Part shown: positions 1 through 9,185 of the stretch, piece by piece
How positions within the stretch are numbered: position 1 is the stretch's first letter
Layout: each line of letters begins with the position of its first letter
Source: Elainellaceae cyanobacterium
GTDB taxonomy: Bacteria > Cyanobacteriota > Cyanobacteriia > CAZCXK01
NCBI GenBank assembly: GCA_051117555.1
Contig: JBNPEG010000174.1
Location: 1-40,577, forward strand
DNA length: 40,577 nt
Reading direction: 5' to 3'
Position numbers and translations under genes: made by a program
The notes under the pieces: generated by a model
What the model saw: the letters and a program-made list of their open reading frames with translations, nothing else
Told to the model about the DNA's origin: nothing
The model's database searches: none

Positions 1-49
1 GTTCTCGGGGCTTCGGGTTGCTCTCAATAAACTGTTCAAGGGTCTCCAT
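1..49 (-). CDS. IS630-family transposase, 5' end (runs off window)
   Basis: Reverse strand reads ATG GAG ACC CTT GAA CAG TTT ATT GAG AGC AAC CCG AAG CCC CGA GAA (METLEQFIESNPKPRE), resembling N-termini of cyanobacterial IS630 transposases. An IS630-like terminus lies 75 bp upstream. Confidence 0.6.
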   Translation of the reverse strand, partial: METLEQFIESNPKPRE

Positions 50-124
50 CAGTTTGTCTAAAATGCTCTTTAACGACTCCTCCTCATTCTAATGTTTGTT
101 CACAACCTATTTTAGGTTGCTATA
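1..124 (-). mobile_element. Left end of IS630-family insertion sequence
   Basis: Minus strand begins TATAGCAACCTAAAATAGGTTGTGAAC (TA target plus TAGC-type terminus), followed by the transposase-like start. Confidence 0.6.
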
Positions 125-655
125 GATAAGTAGGTGGGACTAATTAAATATGAGACCTGTGTAGGTTGGGTTGAGGTACGAAACCCAACGCCCGCATGGG
201 TTACGCTATCGCTAACCCATCCTACATTTGATTCCGCCCACCTACTTACAGCTATTTTGAAACCAGATAGCGTTAATGTATGTAGCAATCCCAAATGTCC
301 AAAGTGTGGTAGACATCAGTCAAGAAAACGTTTACTGATTATCGAAGGGAATTGCTGGAAATGCCAAGCATCAATGAGAGTTGCTGCTCTGCGAGGGGAT
401 ATGGGCTATGAGGGAAGTTTTTCAGAATCTGACATTCAGCTTGCCATTCAAAATGGAGTATTCATGAAGTCTCATTACAGTCACACAGCAGGAATGAGAT
501 ATACCGCTAGCACTTGTCGAAAATGTGGTGCATTTGTTGGTGATCACTATCTTTTCACCGAATATGTGGCTGTACAGCTATATAGTTGTAAAGAGTTGAA
601 TGCAGGATATTATTGTTATTGCTGCTCAAGTGATCCCGAAGATTCTCGTTTTTGA
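125..655 (+). pseudogene. 3' remnant of a Cys-rich (CxxC x4) hypothetical gene interrupted by IS630 and a MITE
   Basis: The first ~38 codons of ORF 134..655 are MITE sequence. Excising the MITE gives in-frame GAT ACA GCT ATT TTG AAA CCA (DTAILKP..). Motifs CPKC, CWKC, CRKC, CYCC; AT-rich. Confidence 0.55.
127..248. mobile_element. MITE with 12-bp terminal inverted repeats enclosing a REP-like element
   Basis: TAAGTAGGTGGG (127-138) / CCCACCTACTTA (237-248) form a perfect IR including TA. Internal REP-like GTAGGTTGGGTTGAG..AAACCCAAC..CCTAC at 161-225. Confidence 0.75.
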
Positions 656-844
656 TAAGTGAAACTTTAGAGATCGATTCAAATAGATAAGTCTTCAACT
701 ATCGCCTCCCCAATAGCTTAACGGTCGACAACTGATTCGAATGCTTACGATTTTGTCAATATGACTCGACATTATGTCGATCTGTTATGTCGCTACACTT
801 CTCGACAACCTAATAGGCCGTATTTGGCGATTAATTAATGAGGC

Positions 845-3800
845 TTAGTTTGCAAATTCTGGCATTTCCAATGTCTGTAGGAGTTGCCGGAGCGAAATTT
901 CAACCCGCTCAGGGCGATTGTCGAGTTCATAGCTGAGGCTGTAAATCATTCGCTCTAATAGATACGCATTCAGTAGCACATCGAGTTCTTGCTGAGTTCT
1001 AGGCAAAAATGAATCGTGCCCTACGACAGCTAAGTAGCGCTTTAGAAAAACAGCGCTTACCCATCGTTGCCAAAACTGAGTCCACTGGCGCATGAGTGGC
1101 ATGTGGTCTGGGTTTAGCATGCCACTTTCAACCTCGCTGCGGAGGGCAATTTCAGCTGCATACATAAATGATTGCAGCATTTCAGCAACATCTCGCAGGG
1201 CAGAACGTTTCATTCGGCGTTCGCCTAGGCTTCTGGCGGGATCGCCCTCAAAGTCGATCAAGACAAAATCCTTTCCGGTATAGAGAACCTGTCGGAGATG
1301 ATAATCGCCATGACAGCGAATGCGGAGTGCCGTAATCTTTTGATCGAGAAGAGAGCGGAAGTAGTTGATGATAGCGTCTTGGTAATCTAGTGCAGCATGT
1401 GCTAAAGGTCGCGTTTCTTCTGGTAAGGATGAAAGTCGCTGTTTCAACGCTCGAAAGGTTTGCCCGGTGAGGTTGCGTGCAGACTGGTAGATCGATCGCT
1501 GATAGAATGACGAAAATGATTCGGGTGCAAAGTTGGGATTGTGAATATCCGAGGCGATCGCCAAGTGCAGGTCTGCGGTACTGTGTCCCAAGACATCGAT
1601 ACTGGTCAAATACGAGCCGATTGTTTCGTCGGCGAGAGCGGATGCCTCCATTGCTTGAAGCTCTAGCAGCGGCTGAGAGGGCACAGGAACCTCGGTAATG
1701 TCGTCACGCTGAGTCATCACCCATTCAAAATAGTTTCGTAAGCTATCAAGGGTGTAGTCCCAACTATTGCGAACATCAGAAATATAGGTTTGCATGATGC
1801 CAACAGTCATCTTATCCACTTCGGGACGATTGTATTCCAGCGCACCTACCAAGGGGGCAATATGTTGTTGATATCCTTTTTCGCTCAAAAACCGCCGAAT
1901 TTCTAAGTCTGGATTGATTCCTTCTTCCTGCTTACGGAAAAGCTTGAGAATCAACTGATCAGCGTAAATGGTCGAACTATTCCGCTGTTCTTCTCTAAGT
2001 GGAACTGGATGCAGAGCCGCTAAATCTTGGTCGATGGAGGGGAACTGATCGATTGTGGTGGCAATCAGTTCACCCGCGAACCCTTTGATCACACGCGTAT
2101 GGGCGATCGCATCAAGCAGTGATATAAAGATCTCACGTCCGGCGATCGCGCTGCGATTGCTGCCTGAGGCGATCGCATCAAATAGGACTTCGATGTGCTC
2201 CGCGTGGTCTGGATGAGTTGAATGTAGGCGAGCTACTACAACCTGCGGCATGTCTGTAAGCAAATGCATCGCCTGTTCGCCGTCGGCATGTCCGATCAAC
2301 AACAGGTAGGTCTGGGGCTCACCATCAATGTAGTCAACTCGCAACCACACCATGCGAGCATCCGCGCCATCATCTGCAATTGGAATAGCTTCAACGACGT
2401 GAGCCGACTGGATTTTGCGCGTTCTGCTGCTAAACCAATGATAGGTGTAGAGGTAGTTTAGCAACGCGGCTTCTAGCGGAGCTTCTAACTCTCGTTTGAC
2501 AAATACTTCATGCCAGTGCTCGGGCAGCGTCAGCGTTGGTATCTGATCAGGTGATTGTGGGGCTTGAAGGTGAGTCGGTTGGGGTTTGAGCGAAAACCAG
2601 TAGCAGGCATAGGCGCCAATGCTAAGGAAATAGGGTGTATCGCGGATCGCTGGAAACTCGGTGCGACCAAAGATCTCGACAGGCATCAAGCCTTGAAAGT
2701 CAGCCAAATCGAGTTCTACGGTTTGCACAAAGCGAGACAAATTTGCCACAACCAGTACAGGCTCATCCTCATAGGTGCGAATAAATGCAAATACTTTGCG
2801 ATTGTCTGGATGTAGCAGCTTAAACGATCCCTTGCTCAATGCCGGAAGTCGCTTGCGAGTGGCAATGAGTCGCTTGATTGCATACCAGAGAGAATTGGGA
2901 TTGGTTCGCTGAGCTTCAACATTGATGGCTTCGTAGTGATACTCCGACTCGACAATCAGCGGCAGATATAGCTTGTGGGGTGTTGCTCGGCTGAAGCCAG
3001 CATTGCGATCTGGGCTCCACTGCATCGGCGTTCGAACTCCGTTGCGATCGCCCAGGTATACGTTGTCTCCCATGCCAATCTCGTCCCCATAGTAGAGGAC
3101 GGGAGTACCTGGCAATGATAGTAGAAGACTGTTGAGCAGTTCAATCTGGCGGCGGTCGTTTCCTAGCAGTGGCGCTAGGCGGCGACGGATGCCCAAATTG
3201 AGCCGCATTTGGGGATCATGAGCATACACCCGATACATATAATCGCGGTCTTCATCGGTCACCATCTCTAGAGTGAGCTCATCGTGATTGCGCAAAAACA
3301 GTCCCCACTGACAGTTTTCAGGAATCGCAGGAGTTTGTTGCAAAATATCAATGATGGGAAAGTTGTCCTCCATGCGCAACGCCATAAATAAGCGAGGCAT
3401 TAGAGGAAAATGAAAGTTCATGTGGCATTCATCCCCATCACCGTAGTAGGACGCTGCATCTTCGGGCCATTGATTGGCCTCTGCCAGCAACATCCGGTTG
3501 GGATGATGGTCGTCCACATACTTTCGCATCGATTTCAGAAATTCGTGGGTTTCAGGCAAGTTTTCGCAGTTGGTGCCGTCTCGTTCGTAGAGGTAGGGCA
3601 CCGCATCCATGCGCAGCCCGTCTACCCCCATACTCAACCAAACGTCGAGCACTTGAAATACGGCGTCCCGAACAGCCGGATTGTCGTAATTTAAATCGGG
3701 CTGGTGGGAATAGAAACGATGCCAGTAATAGGCGTTAGCAACCGGGTCCCACGCCCAGTTAGATGATTCAAAGTCTTGAAAAATGATGCGAGCATCCTGA

Positions 3801-4237
3801 TATTTTTGGGGAGTGTCACTCCAGACGTAGAAATCTCGCTCAACGCTGTCTTTGGGCGATCGCCGGGCACGCTGAAACCACGGATGCTGATCAGAGGTAT
3901 GGTTGACGATGAGTTCAATGATGACTCGAATTCCTCGCTGATGCGCCGCTTCTAGAAAGTCTTTGAAGTCGTCGATCGCTCCGTAGATCAGATTTACGTT
4001 GGTGTAATCGGCAATATCATAGCCGTCATCCTTTAAGGGAGATGGAAAAAAGGGTAACAGCCAAATGGCAGTAATGCCCAAATCTTTGAGATAATCTAGC
4101 TTTCCTGCGAGTCCGGCAAAGTCTCCAATCCCATCTGCGTTGCTATCAGCAAAGGCGCGGACAGGCACTTCATAAATAATGGCTTCCTTAAACCAGAGTG
4201 GATTATCGATTAATTGAGCATTATTGGCGTCAGTCAC
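845..4237 (-). CDS. treS: Trehalose synthase (maltose alpha-D-glucosyltransferase) fused to C-terminal maltokinase (Mak/Pep2-like) domain
   Basis: GH13 motifs NHTSDQHPWF, GLRMDAVPYL, LLAEANQW, FLRNHDELTLE. C-terminal kinase-like EQRNSS, RCHGDYHLRQVL, IDFEG. GTG start with AAGGA RBS. Confidence 0.95.
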   Translation of the reverse strand: MTDANNAQLIDNPLWFKEAIIYEVPVRAFADSNADGIGDFAGLAGKLDYLKDLGITAIWLLPFFPSPLKDDGYDIADYTNVNLIYGAIDDFKDFLEAAHQRGIRVIIELIVNHTSDQHPWFQRARRSPKDSVERDFYVWSDTPQKYQDARIIFQDFESSNWAWDPVANAYYWHRFYSHQPDLNYDNPAVRDAVFQVLDVWLSMGVDGLRMDAVPYLYERDGTNCENLPETHEFLKSMRKYVDDHHPNRMLLAEANQWPEDAASYYGDGDECHMNFHFPLMPRLFMALRMEDNFPIIDILQQTPAIPENCQWGLFLRNHDELTLEMVTDEDRDYMYRVYAHDPQMRLNLGIRRRLAPLLGNDRRQIELLNSLLLSLPGTPVLYYGDEIGMGDNVYLGDRNGVRTPMQWSPDRNAGFSRATPHKLYLPLIVESEYHYEAINVEAQRTNPNSLWYAIKRLIATRKRLPALSKGSFKLLHPDNRKVFAFIRTYEDEPVLVVANLSRFVQTVELDLADFQGLMPVEIFGRTEFPAIRDTPYFLSIGAYACYWFSLKPQPTHLQAPQSPDQIPTLTLPEHWHEVFVKRELEAPLEAALLNYLYTYHWFSSRTRKIQSAHVVEAIPIADDGADARMVWLRVDYIDGEPQTYLLLIGHADGEQAMHLLTDMPQVVVARLHSTHPDHAEHIEVLFDAIASGSNRSAIAGREIFISLLDAIAHTRVIKGFAGELIATTIDQFPSIDQDLAALHPVPLREEQRNSSTIYADQLILKLFRKQEEGINPDLEIRRFLSEKGYQQHIAPLVGALEYNRPEVDKMTVGIMQTYISDVRNSWDYTLDSLRNYFEWVMTQRDDITEVPVPSQPLLELQAMEASALADETIGSYLTSIDVLGHSTADLHLAIASDIHNPNFAPESFSSFYQRSIYQSARNLTGQTFRALKQRLSSLPEETRPLAHAALDYQDAIINYFRSLLDQKITALRIRCHGDYHLRQVLYTGKDFVLIDFEGDPARSLGERRMKRSALRDVAEMLQSFMYAAEIALRSEVESGMLNPDHMPLMRQWTQFWQRWVSAVFLKRYLAVVGHDSFLPRTQQELDVLLNAYLLERMIYSLSYELDNRPERVEISLRQLLQTLEMPEFAN

Positions 4238-4588
4238 AGTTTATTTTCCTTAGCGATGCCTACCATCAGTTTGGATTATTCGCTCGGTATTAGGAATATA
4301 ATTTAATTGGTTTCAGAACTATTGTCGTCCGACTCCCGACAGACCCTTGCGATCGCTCGACTCAAATAATTGGAGCTGATTTAAGCCGATTCAAGCTGAC
4401 CTAGATTCGCAGTCCGTAAGACCTATTCCTTAGAGTCTCTATGAAGGGGGCATCGTGCCTATTTATCTACCCTTTGCGTTATTGAGATTCCTATCTGTCA
4501 GAGTTAGGTTAGTAGTATCACATCTTCTCTTAGTGCCAACAGCTGAGTGTTTTTCAGACTACCTAAACCAGCGCAGTAATCATCACAT

Positions 4589-6085
4589 ATGCCTTTTCAA
4601 CGTTCTAGCGGTGTTGTTCTACATCCAACTAGCTTGCCTAGTCAGTTTGGGATTGGAGATTTAGGAAAATCTGCGTATCAGTTCGTCGATTTTCTAGAGC
4701 AAACAGGCCAAAAAATATGGCAGGTGCTGCCGCTTGGCCCAACCGGATACGAACATTCTCCCTACACGATGAACTTCAGCGCGTTCGCCGGTAATCCGTT
4801 GCTAATTAGCCTAGAGCAGCTTGTCGATGATGGATTATTAGACATCAGTGAGCTAACACCATTGTCAGATGAGGAGACCCCTAATCGCGTTAATTTTGAT
4901 CGCGTTATTCCTTATAAGACAAAATTCTTAAAGCTCGCCTTTCAAGGCTTTCAGCCCGACTCCAAATTTGATCAGTTTTGCCAAGAACAGGCATTTTGGC
5001 TGGATGATTACGTCCTCTTCATGGCGCTGTTAGACGCCCATGAGGGGCAAGATTGGAATCACTGGGAATCTGCGATCGCCCGACGTGAGCCTGATGCATT
5101 AGCAGCCAAGTCTGAAGAACTTAAGGATGACATTCAGTATCACAGGTTTTTGCAGTTCAAGTTTTTTGAACAGTGGAAAGCCCTGCGCGCCTACGCCAAT
5201 CGCAAACAAATTAAGATCTTTGGCGATATTTCTATCTATGTTTGCTATAACAGTGCCGATGTTTGGGCAAATCCAAACTGTTTTAAGCTCAATCGAGACA
5301 CACTGGAACCGACCTACATCGCTGGCGTTCCGCCCGATTACTTTAGCGCTACCGGGCAGCTTTGGGGAAACCCGGTCTACGATTGGGACTATTTGAAAAA
5401 GACGGATTTTGATTGGTGGATTAAGCGGTTTCGAGCCACCTTAGAATACGTTGACATCGTGCGGATTGACCACTTTCGGGGATTTGAAGCATACTGGCAA
5501 GTCCCGGCTGGAGAAGACAATGCAATCCATGGCGAATGGATCAAAGCTCCTGGCGTTGATTTTTTCCAAACCCTGGGCGATCGCCTCGGCACGCTGCCCG
5601 TTTTAGCCGAAGATTTGGGCATTATCACGCCAGAGGTTGAGAAACTGCGCGATCGCTTCCAGTTTCCAGGCATGCGTATTTTGCTATTTGCATTTGCCGA
5701 AGATTCAAATAATCCTTACCTGCCGCATCACTTTATTCATAACTGCGCGGTGTATGTGGGCACCCATGATAATGACACTGCATTGGGGTGGTGGAACCGA
5801 GTCAGTGCTGCCGAGAAGCAATTCTTGGCGACCTATTTGAACTATTCATCTCCCGATGACATTACGGAAATCAACTGGGTGCTAATTCGCATGGCGCTTG
5901 CGTCTGTTGCCGACCTGGCGATCGTGCAGCTTCAAGACATTTTGGGGTTAGACAACCATGCCCGCATGAACGACCCCAGCACGAATGCAGGCAATTGGCG
6001 CTGGCGCTATCCTGATTCTGATGTGTTAACGCCGCACCTCAGAGAGCGCTTGGCAGCGGTGACCCAGCTTTATAGTCGAACTTAA
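4589..6085 (+). CDS. malQ: 4-alpha-glucanotransferase (amylomaltase, GH77)
   Basis: LHPTSLP, GVPPDYFSATGQLWGNP, RIDHFRGF, AEDLG, GTHDN, NWRWR motifs. Confidence 0.96.
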   Translation: MPFQRSSGVVLHPTSLPSQFGIGDLGKSAYQFVDFLEQTGQKIWQVLPLGPTGYEHSPYTMNFSAFAGNPLLISLEQLVDDGLLDISELTPLSDEETPNRVNFDRVIPYKTKFLKLAFQGFQPDSKFDQFCQEQAFWLDDYVLFMALLDAHEGQDWNHWESAIARREPDALAAKSEELKDDIQYHRFLQFKFFEQWKALRAYANRKQIKIFGDISIYVCYNSADVWANPNCFKLNRDTLEPTYIAGVPPDYFSATGQLWGNPVYDWDYLKKTDFDWWIKRFRATLEYVDIVRIDHFRGFEAYWQVPAGEDNAIHGEWIKAPGVDFFQTLGDRLGTLPVLAEDLGIITPEVEKLRDRFQFPGMRILLFAFAEDSNNPYLPHHFIHNCAVYVGTHDNDTALGWWNRVSAAEKQFLATYLNYSSPDDITEINWVLIRMALASVADLAIVQLQDILGLDNHARMNDPSTNAGNWRWRYPDSDVLTPHLRERLAAVTQLYSRT

Positions 6086-6202
6086 CCGTCGAACTTGACC
6101 GTCGAGCCGCTGAATCGTTTCTTAAATCTGGGGTCGCATCATCCACCATCGAGCACGAGTAAATTCTCTATCGTTGTCCTAACACTTCCCTCATATCCCC
6201 CT

Positions 6203-6502
6203 ATGAAAACCTCACCACTCACCACTACTCTTCAATGGTTTGATCAGCCAACCCTTCCGCTTGAGCTTTTGCAGTTGCATGTCCAGACCTATTTGGCTCT
6301 CAAGCGTGCCAGAATTACCTCTGTCAATGATTTACTTCATTACACGTCCAGCGAATTAAGCACTATACCTGGCATAACCCCCGATCGTCTGTTGGAAATT
6401 ACAAGCAACTTGAGAAAACAGCTAGATTTAACATTGCCGAGCAGCAGGCGATCGCCATCCCGCGTATATGAAACAAAACCTGGCTTAGATACGCTGCGTT
6501 AA
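6203..6502 (+). CDS. Stand-alone RNA polymerase alpha C-terminal-domain-like protein
   Basis: LELLQLHVQTYLALKRARITSVNDLLHYTSSELSTIPGI resembles alpha-CTD (IEELxLSVRxYNCLKRAxIxxxxDLLxYSxxDLLxIxNFG). ATG at 6203 is in frame with ORF 6095..6502. Confidence 0.7.
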   Translation: MKTSPLTTTLQWFDQPTLPLELLQLHVQTYLALKRARITSVNDLLHYTSSELSTIPGITPDRLLEITSNLRKQLDLTLPSSRRSPSRVYETKPGLDTLR

Positions 6503-6558
6503 TTAGATTGGAAGAGTAATCAGTCAGCCGTTCAGCAGAGTAAACCAAGAGGTTTCTA

Positions 6559-6975
6559 ATGGCAGAAAAGCGACGGATCTACTCTCCTAAAAAGACTCGT
6601 ACGTCGAACCCCAACGTTCCTGACGCTCTCAAAGACGAGGTTCAACAAAAATTTGACGCACTTATAGAAACAGAATTTAAGCCCAAATACATTAAACCAC
6701 CCCCAGAAGAGCCTCGATTCAACTATCTTGTCGATATTTTCACTAAGTGGTATCGCAGCTACTTTTATATCTGTGGAACGTATCACTGTCCGGGGCCTAA
6801 CGCGATCGCCCCATCCTTTGAAACCAAATATGCACGCTTTGAATACATAGGAGGCGATCGCTTCAACGTTGCATATATGCGCCACACTGGGCAGTGGTGG
6901 CAAATTGCTGAGGAGTTATCACTGGATGACTGCCTAGAGATGACCCGCAGCAACCCCATTCTTCATCCGATGTAG
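6559..6975 (+). CDS. Conserved hypothetical protein (DUF3024-like)
   Basis: 138 aa, AGAGG RBS, C-terminal ARFEY..F.VAYMRHTGQWW motif. Confidence 0.7.
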   Translation: MAEKRRIYSPKKTRTSNPNVPDALKDEVQQKFDALIETEFKPKYIKPPPEEPRFNYLVDIFTKWYRSYFYICGTYHCPGPNAIAPSFETKYARFEYIGGDRFNVAYMRHTGQWWQIAEELSLDDCLEMTRSNPILHPM

Positions 6976-6988
6976 ATGTCCTGTAGAA

Positions 6989-7017
6989 TTGGGCGATCTC
7001 GGGACGAGACCGCCCAA
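6989..7017. terminator. Hairpin between convergent genes
   Basis: TTGGGCGATCTCG-GGA-CGAGACCGCCCAA, 13-bp stem with one mismatch. Confidence 0.5.
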
Positions 7018-7034
7018 CACTGAAAGTCGTTAAA

Positions 7035-8027
7035 TTATTGCTGCGTCAACTCAACCCATTCTTCTGGCAACAGATTGGCCTGAATCGTAAACCCACCTTG
7101 CCCATCAGGCGTCAGCACGTACGCAACCCCCTGAGGCTCTGGATAAATACCCGTCGCTGAGTCAAACACGTCGTCGTGGCCAACGACCACCGTATTTGTT
7201 CCAGGCGTGGGGACAGCAGTCAGGAAGGGCATAATGCCCGCTGTCATCTGAGCAATTTGCTCATCGGTGTACTCTTCTGCACGGGCAAAGTTTAGCCCTG
7301 GTTGCTTGATGTATTGTCCGAAGGCAAGATCCGCAGTCTGCCATGCACGGCAATACTGGCTAGAATAGACAGCTCCTATGGGGATATCCAAAAATTCAAA
7401 TGCGGCTCCTATTTGTACTGCATCTTGCCAACCTTCTTCGCTTAACGTTCGTTGAGTTGAGCAGTCGCTGAGATCTAGAGTTGGATCAGCTTGATCTGCA
7501 TAATCTGCTTCGGTTTGAGCATGCCGGATGAAAATAACATGTCCTCCACTTCGCAATGCATTGAGCAATTCTGCTCCGCTCAGCTGATCTTGAAATGACG
7601 TGGTGCCCGCTTCGCCACCTTCGCCGCCTTCGCCGCCTTCGCCGCCTTCGCCGCCTTCACCGCCTTCGCCGCCTTCGCCGCCTTCACCGCCTTCTGCGTC
7701 TCCTTCGCCGCCTTCGCTATCGGAAGGGGTAAAGATCGTGGTGCCGCCTTCGCCGCCTTCACCACCTTCACCGCCTTCGCCGCCTTCACCACCTTCGCCG
7801 CCTTCACCGCCTTCGCCACCTTCACTCCCCATTAGAAACGGATCATGATCCCAATCATGAGATTCAATTCCATCGGCTGATGTATCCAGCGAAGAGGTTG
7901 TTTCAGCAGGGCGATCGCCCGTTTGTGTTGCATTAGCACTCGACAAGCTAGAAACACCTGCCACGGCGCTAACTCCGGTGAGAACATACGCGCCAATTCC
8001 AACCCAGAGCTTAGTTTTGTGTGTCAT
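7035..8027 (-). CDS. Secreted histidine phosphatase (PGM/SixA-like) family protein with two (EGG)9 tracts
   Basis: Signal-peptide-like N-terminus ending ANA; IRHAQT, SSQYCRAWQTA and VVGH catalytic motifs; AAAGGA RBS. Confidence 0.85.
   Translation of the reverse strand: MTHKTKLWVGIGAYVLTGVSAVAGVSSLSSANATQTGDRPAETTSSLDTSADGIESHDWDHDPFLMGSEGGEGGEGGEGGEGGEGGEGGEGGEGGTTIFTPSDSEGGEGDAEGGEGGEGGEGGEGGEGGEGGEGGEGGEAGTTSFQDQLSGAELLNALRSGGHVIFIRHAQTEADYADQADPTLDLSDCSTQRTLSEEGWQDAVQIGAAFEFLDIPIGAVYSSQYCRAWQTADLAFGQYIKQPGLNFARAEEYTDEQIAQMTAGIMPFLTAVPTPGTNTVVVGHDDVFDSATGIYPEPQGVAYVLTPDGQGGFTIQANLLPEEWVELTQQ
7611..7823 (-). repeat. Two 9 x 9-bp coding repeat blocks (Glu-Gly-Gly)
   Basis: (R)CC(R)CCTTC x9 at 7614-7694 and x9 at 7743-7823, varying at codon third positions of the minus-strand frame. 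Confidence 0.95.
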
Positions 8028-8182
8028 CTTGTGTGTCCTTTAATACCACGTTGATACGTCAAAAAACTACTGCGGGTAGTTTTCTACCCGCATCGTTGAA
8101 CCATGATTGCAAGCTGATGAATGCTGATATCGAGTCGCCTCGATCAACAGTTGCAGGAAAGTGAATTCAAAATCCAGCTTGG

Positions 8183-8197
8183 TAAGAATAGTTCTCA
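8183..8197. promoter_or_regulatory. Candidate Fur box in the divergent phosphatase/piuC region
   Basis: TAAGAAT-A-GTTCTCA, 12/14 match to the 7-1-7 TGAGAAT-N-ATTCTCA. It lies just downstream of a minus-strand extended -10-like TGGTATCTT. Confidence 0.5.
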
Positions 8198-8440
8198 TCA
8201 TCGTAGAAGATACCATAAACTGTTCAACAGCAAAAATATTAATCAAACCTTACGTCATTGATCCTGTCAAGATTCGCTGAATAGTGTCTGAAACAGCTTT
8301 CAGGTATTTAATTTAGCGGTCAGGCTAAATCGGTCTTATACGATTTGAGAGAGACAATCTCGTTGGCTTTATTGGCTTAAACTGGATGAATCGGTGGACG
8401 TAGCCTCGCAAACGACGATCGTGTATCGGGAGTAATTTTG

Positions 8441-9115
8441 ATGATCATTTGCATTAGCAATGTGTTGATGCCTGACCAAATTGACGAAATAACCACCCAA
8501 CTTAAAACAGCTCAGTTCGTGGACGGCAATCTCACGGCAGGACGATTTGCCAAGCAGGTGAAGCAGAATCTCCAGCTATCTAGCCAGTCGGATGAGGCCA
8601 ATCAGATTAAAGGGGCGATCGCCCAAGCCCTTCAGCGCAATCCTCTCCTGCAAATCGCGGCTCGCCCCAAGATCATTCGCCCAGTGCTCATCAGCCGCTA
8701 CGAACCAGGGATGACCTACGGCAGCCATGTGGATAATGCACTGATGAAAAATGGTCAGACCTCCATGCGGACTGACCTATCGCTGACCTTATTTTTATCC
8801 GATCCATCCACCTATGAAGGCGGAGAGCTGACCATCGAAACGCATCACGGCGAAGAATCTTTCAAATTAGACGCGGGTGCGATGGTGCTTTATCCATCCT
8901 CAACGTTGCATCGCGTCGAGCCTGTCACCCAGGGGATTAGACTGGTGGCTGTCAGTTGGATTCAGAGCTACATCCGCGACCCAAACCAGCGCGAGATTTT
9001 GTTTGATCTCGATACGGTCAAACAATCGCTCTTTAAGCGCCACGGAAAATCAAGCGAGTTTGACCTGCTCTCTAAAAGTGTCTCCAATCTGCTGAGACTG
9101 TGGGCAGACGCGTAG
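8441..9115 (+). CDS. piuC: PKHD-type Fe(II)/2-oxoglutarate-dependent dioxygenase (PiuC/YbiX)
   Basis: FVDGxxTAG, KQNLQL, YGSHVDNA (HxD), RTDLSLTLFLS, YEGGEL, LHRVEPVTQGIR, WIQSYIRD..REILFDLD, NLLRLWA. Confidence 0.92.
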   Translation: MIICISNVLMPDQIDEITTQLKTAQFVDGNLTAGRFAKQVKQNLQLSSQSDEANQIKGAIAQALQRNPLLQIAARPKIIRPVLISRYEPGMTYGSHVDNALMKNGQTSMRTDLSLTLFLSDPSTYEGGELTIETHHGEESFKLDAGAMVLYPSSTLHRVEPVTQGIRLVAVSWIQSYIRDPNQREILFDLDTVKQSLFKRHGKSSEFDLLSKSVSNLLRLWADA

Positions 9116-9140
9116 GGGATGCGACTCGCTATCAAACACA

Positions 9141-9180
9141 CCTATCCAATGCCTATCCAATGCCTATCCAATGCCTATCA
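9141..9180. repeat. 11-bp tandem repeat CCTATCCAATG x3.6
   Basis: Directly visible between the convergent piuC and fur genes. Confidence 0.9.
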
Positions 9181-9185
9181 AGGGA

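Noticed and set aside
720..812. Clustered TCGACA/TGTCG motifs as a Tn7/CAST end or attC site
   Set aside because: Spacing does not fit TnsB-site arrays, there is no clear terminus, and no integrase or tns genes are present.
7580..7848. Histone-like KAAK ORF (7580-7825) and PPS-repeat ORF (7600-7848)
   Set aside because: Alternative-frame shadows of the (EGG)n repeat; base variation is synonymous only in the EGG frame (and its exact antisense).
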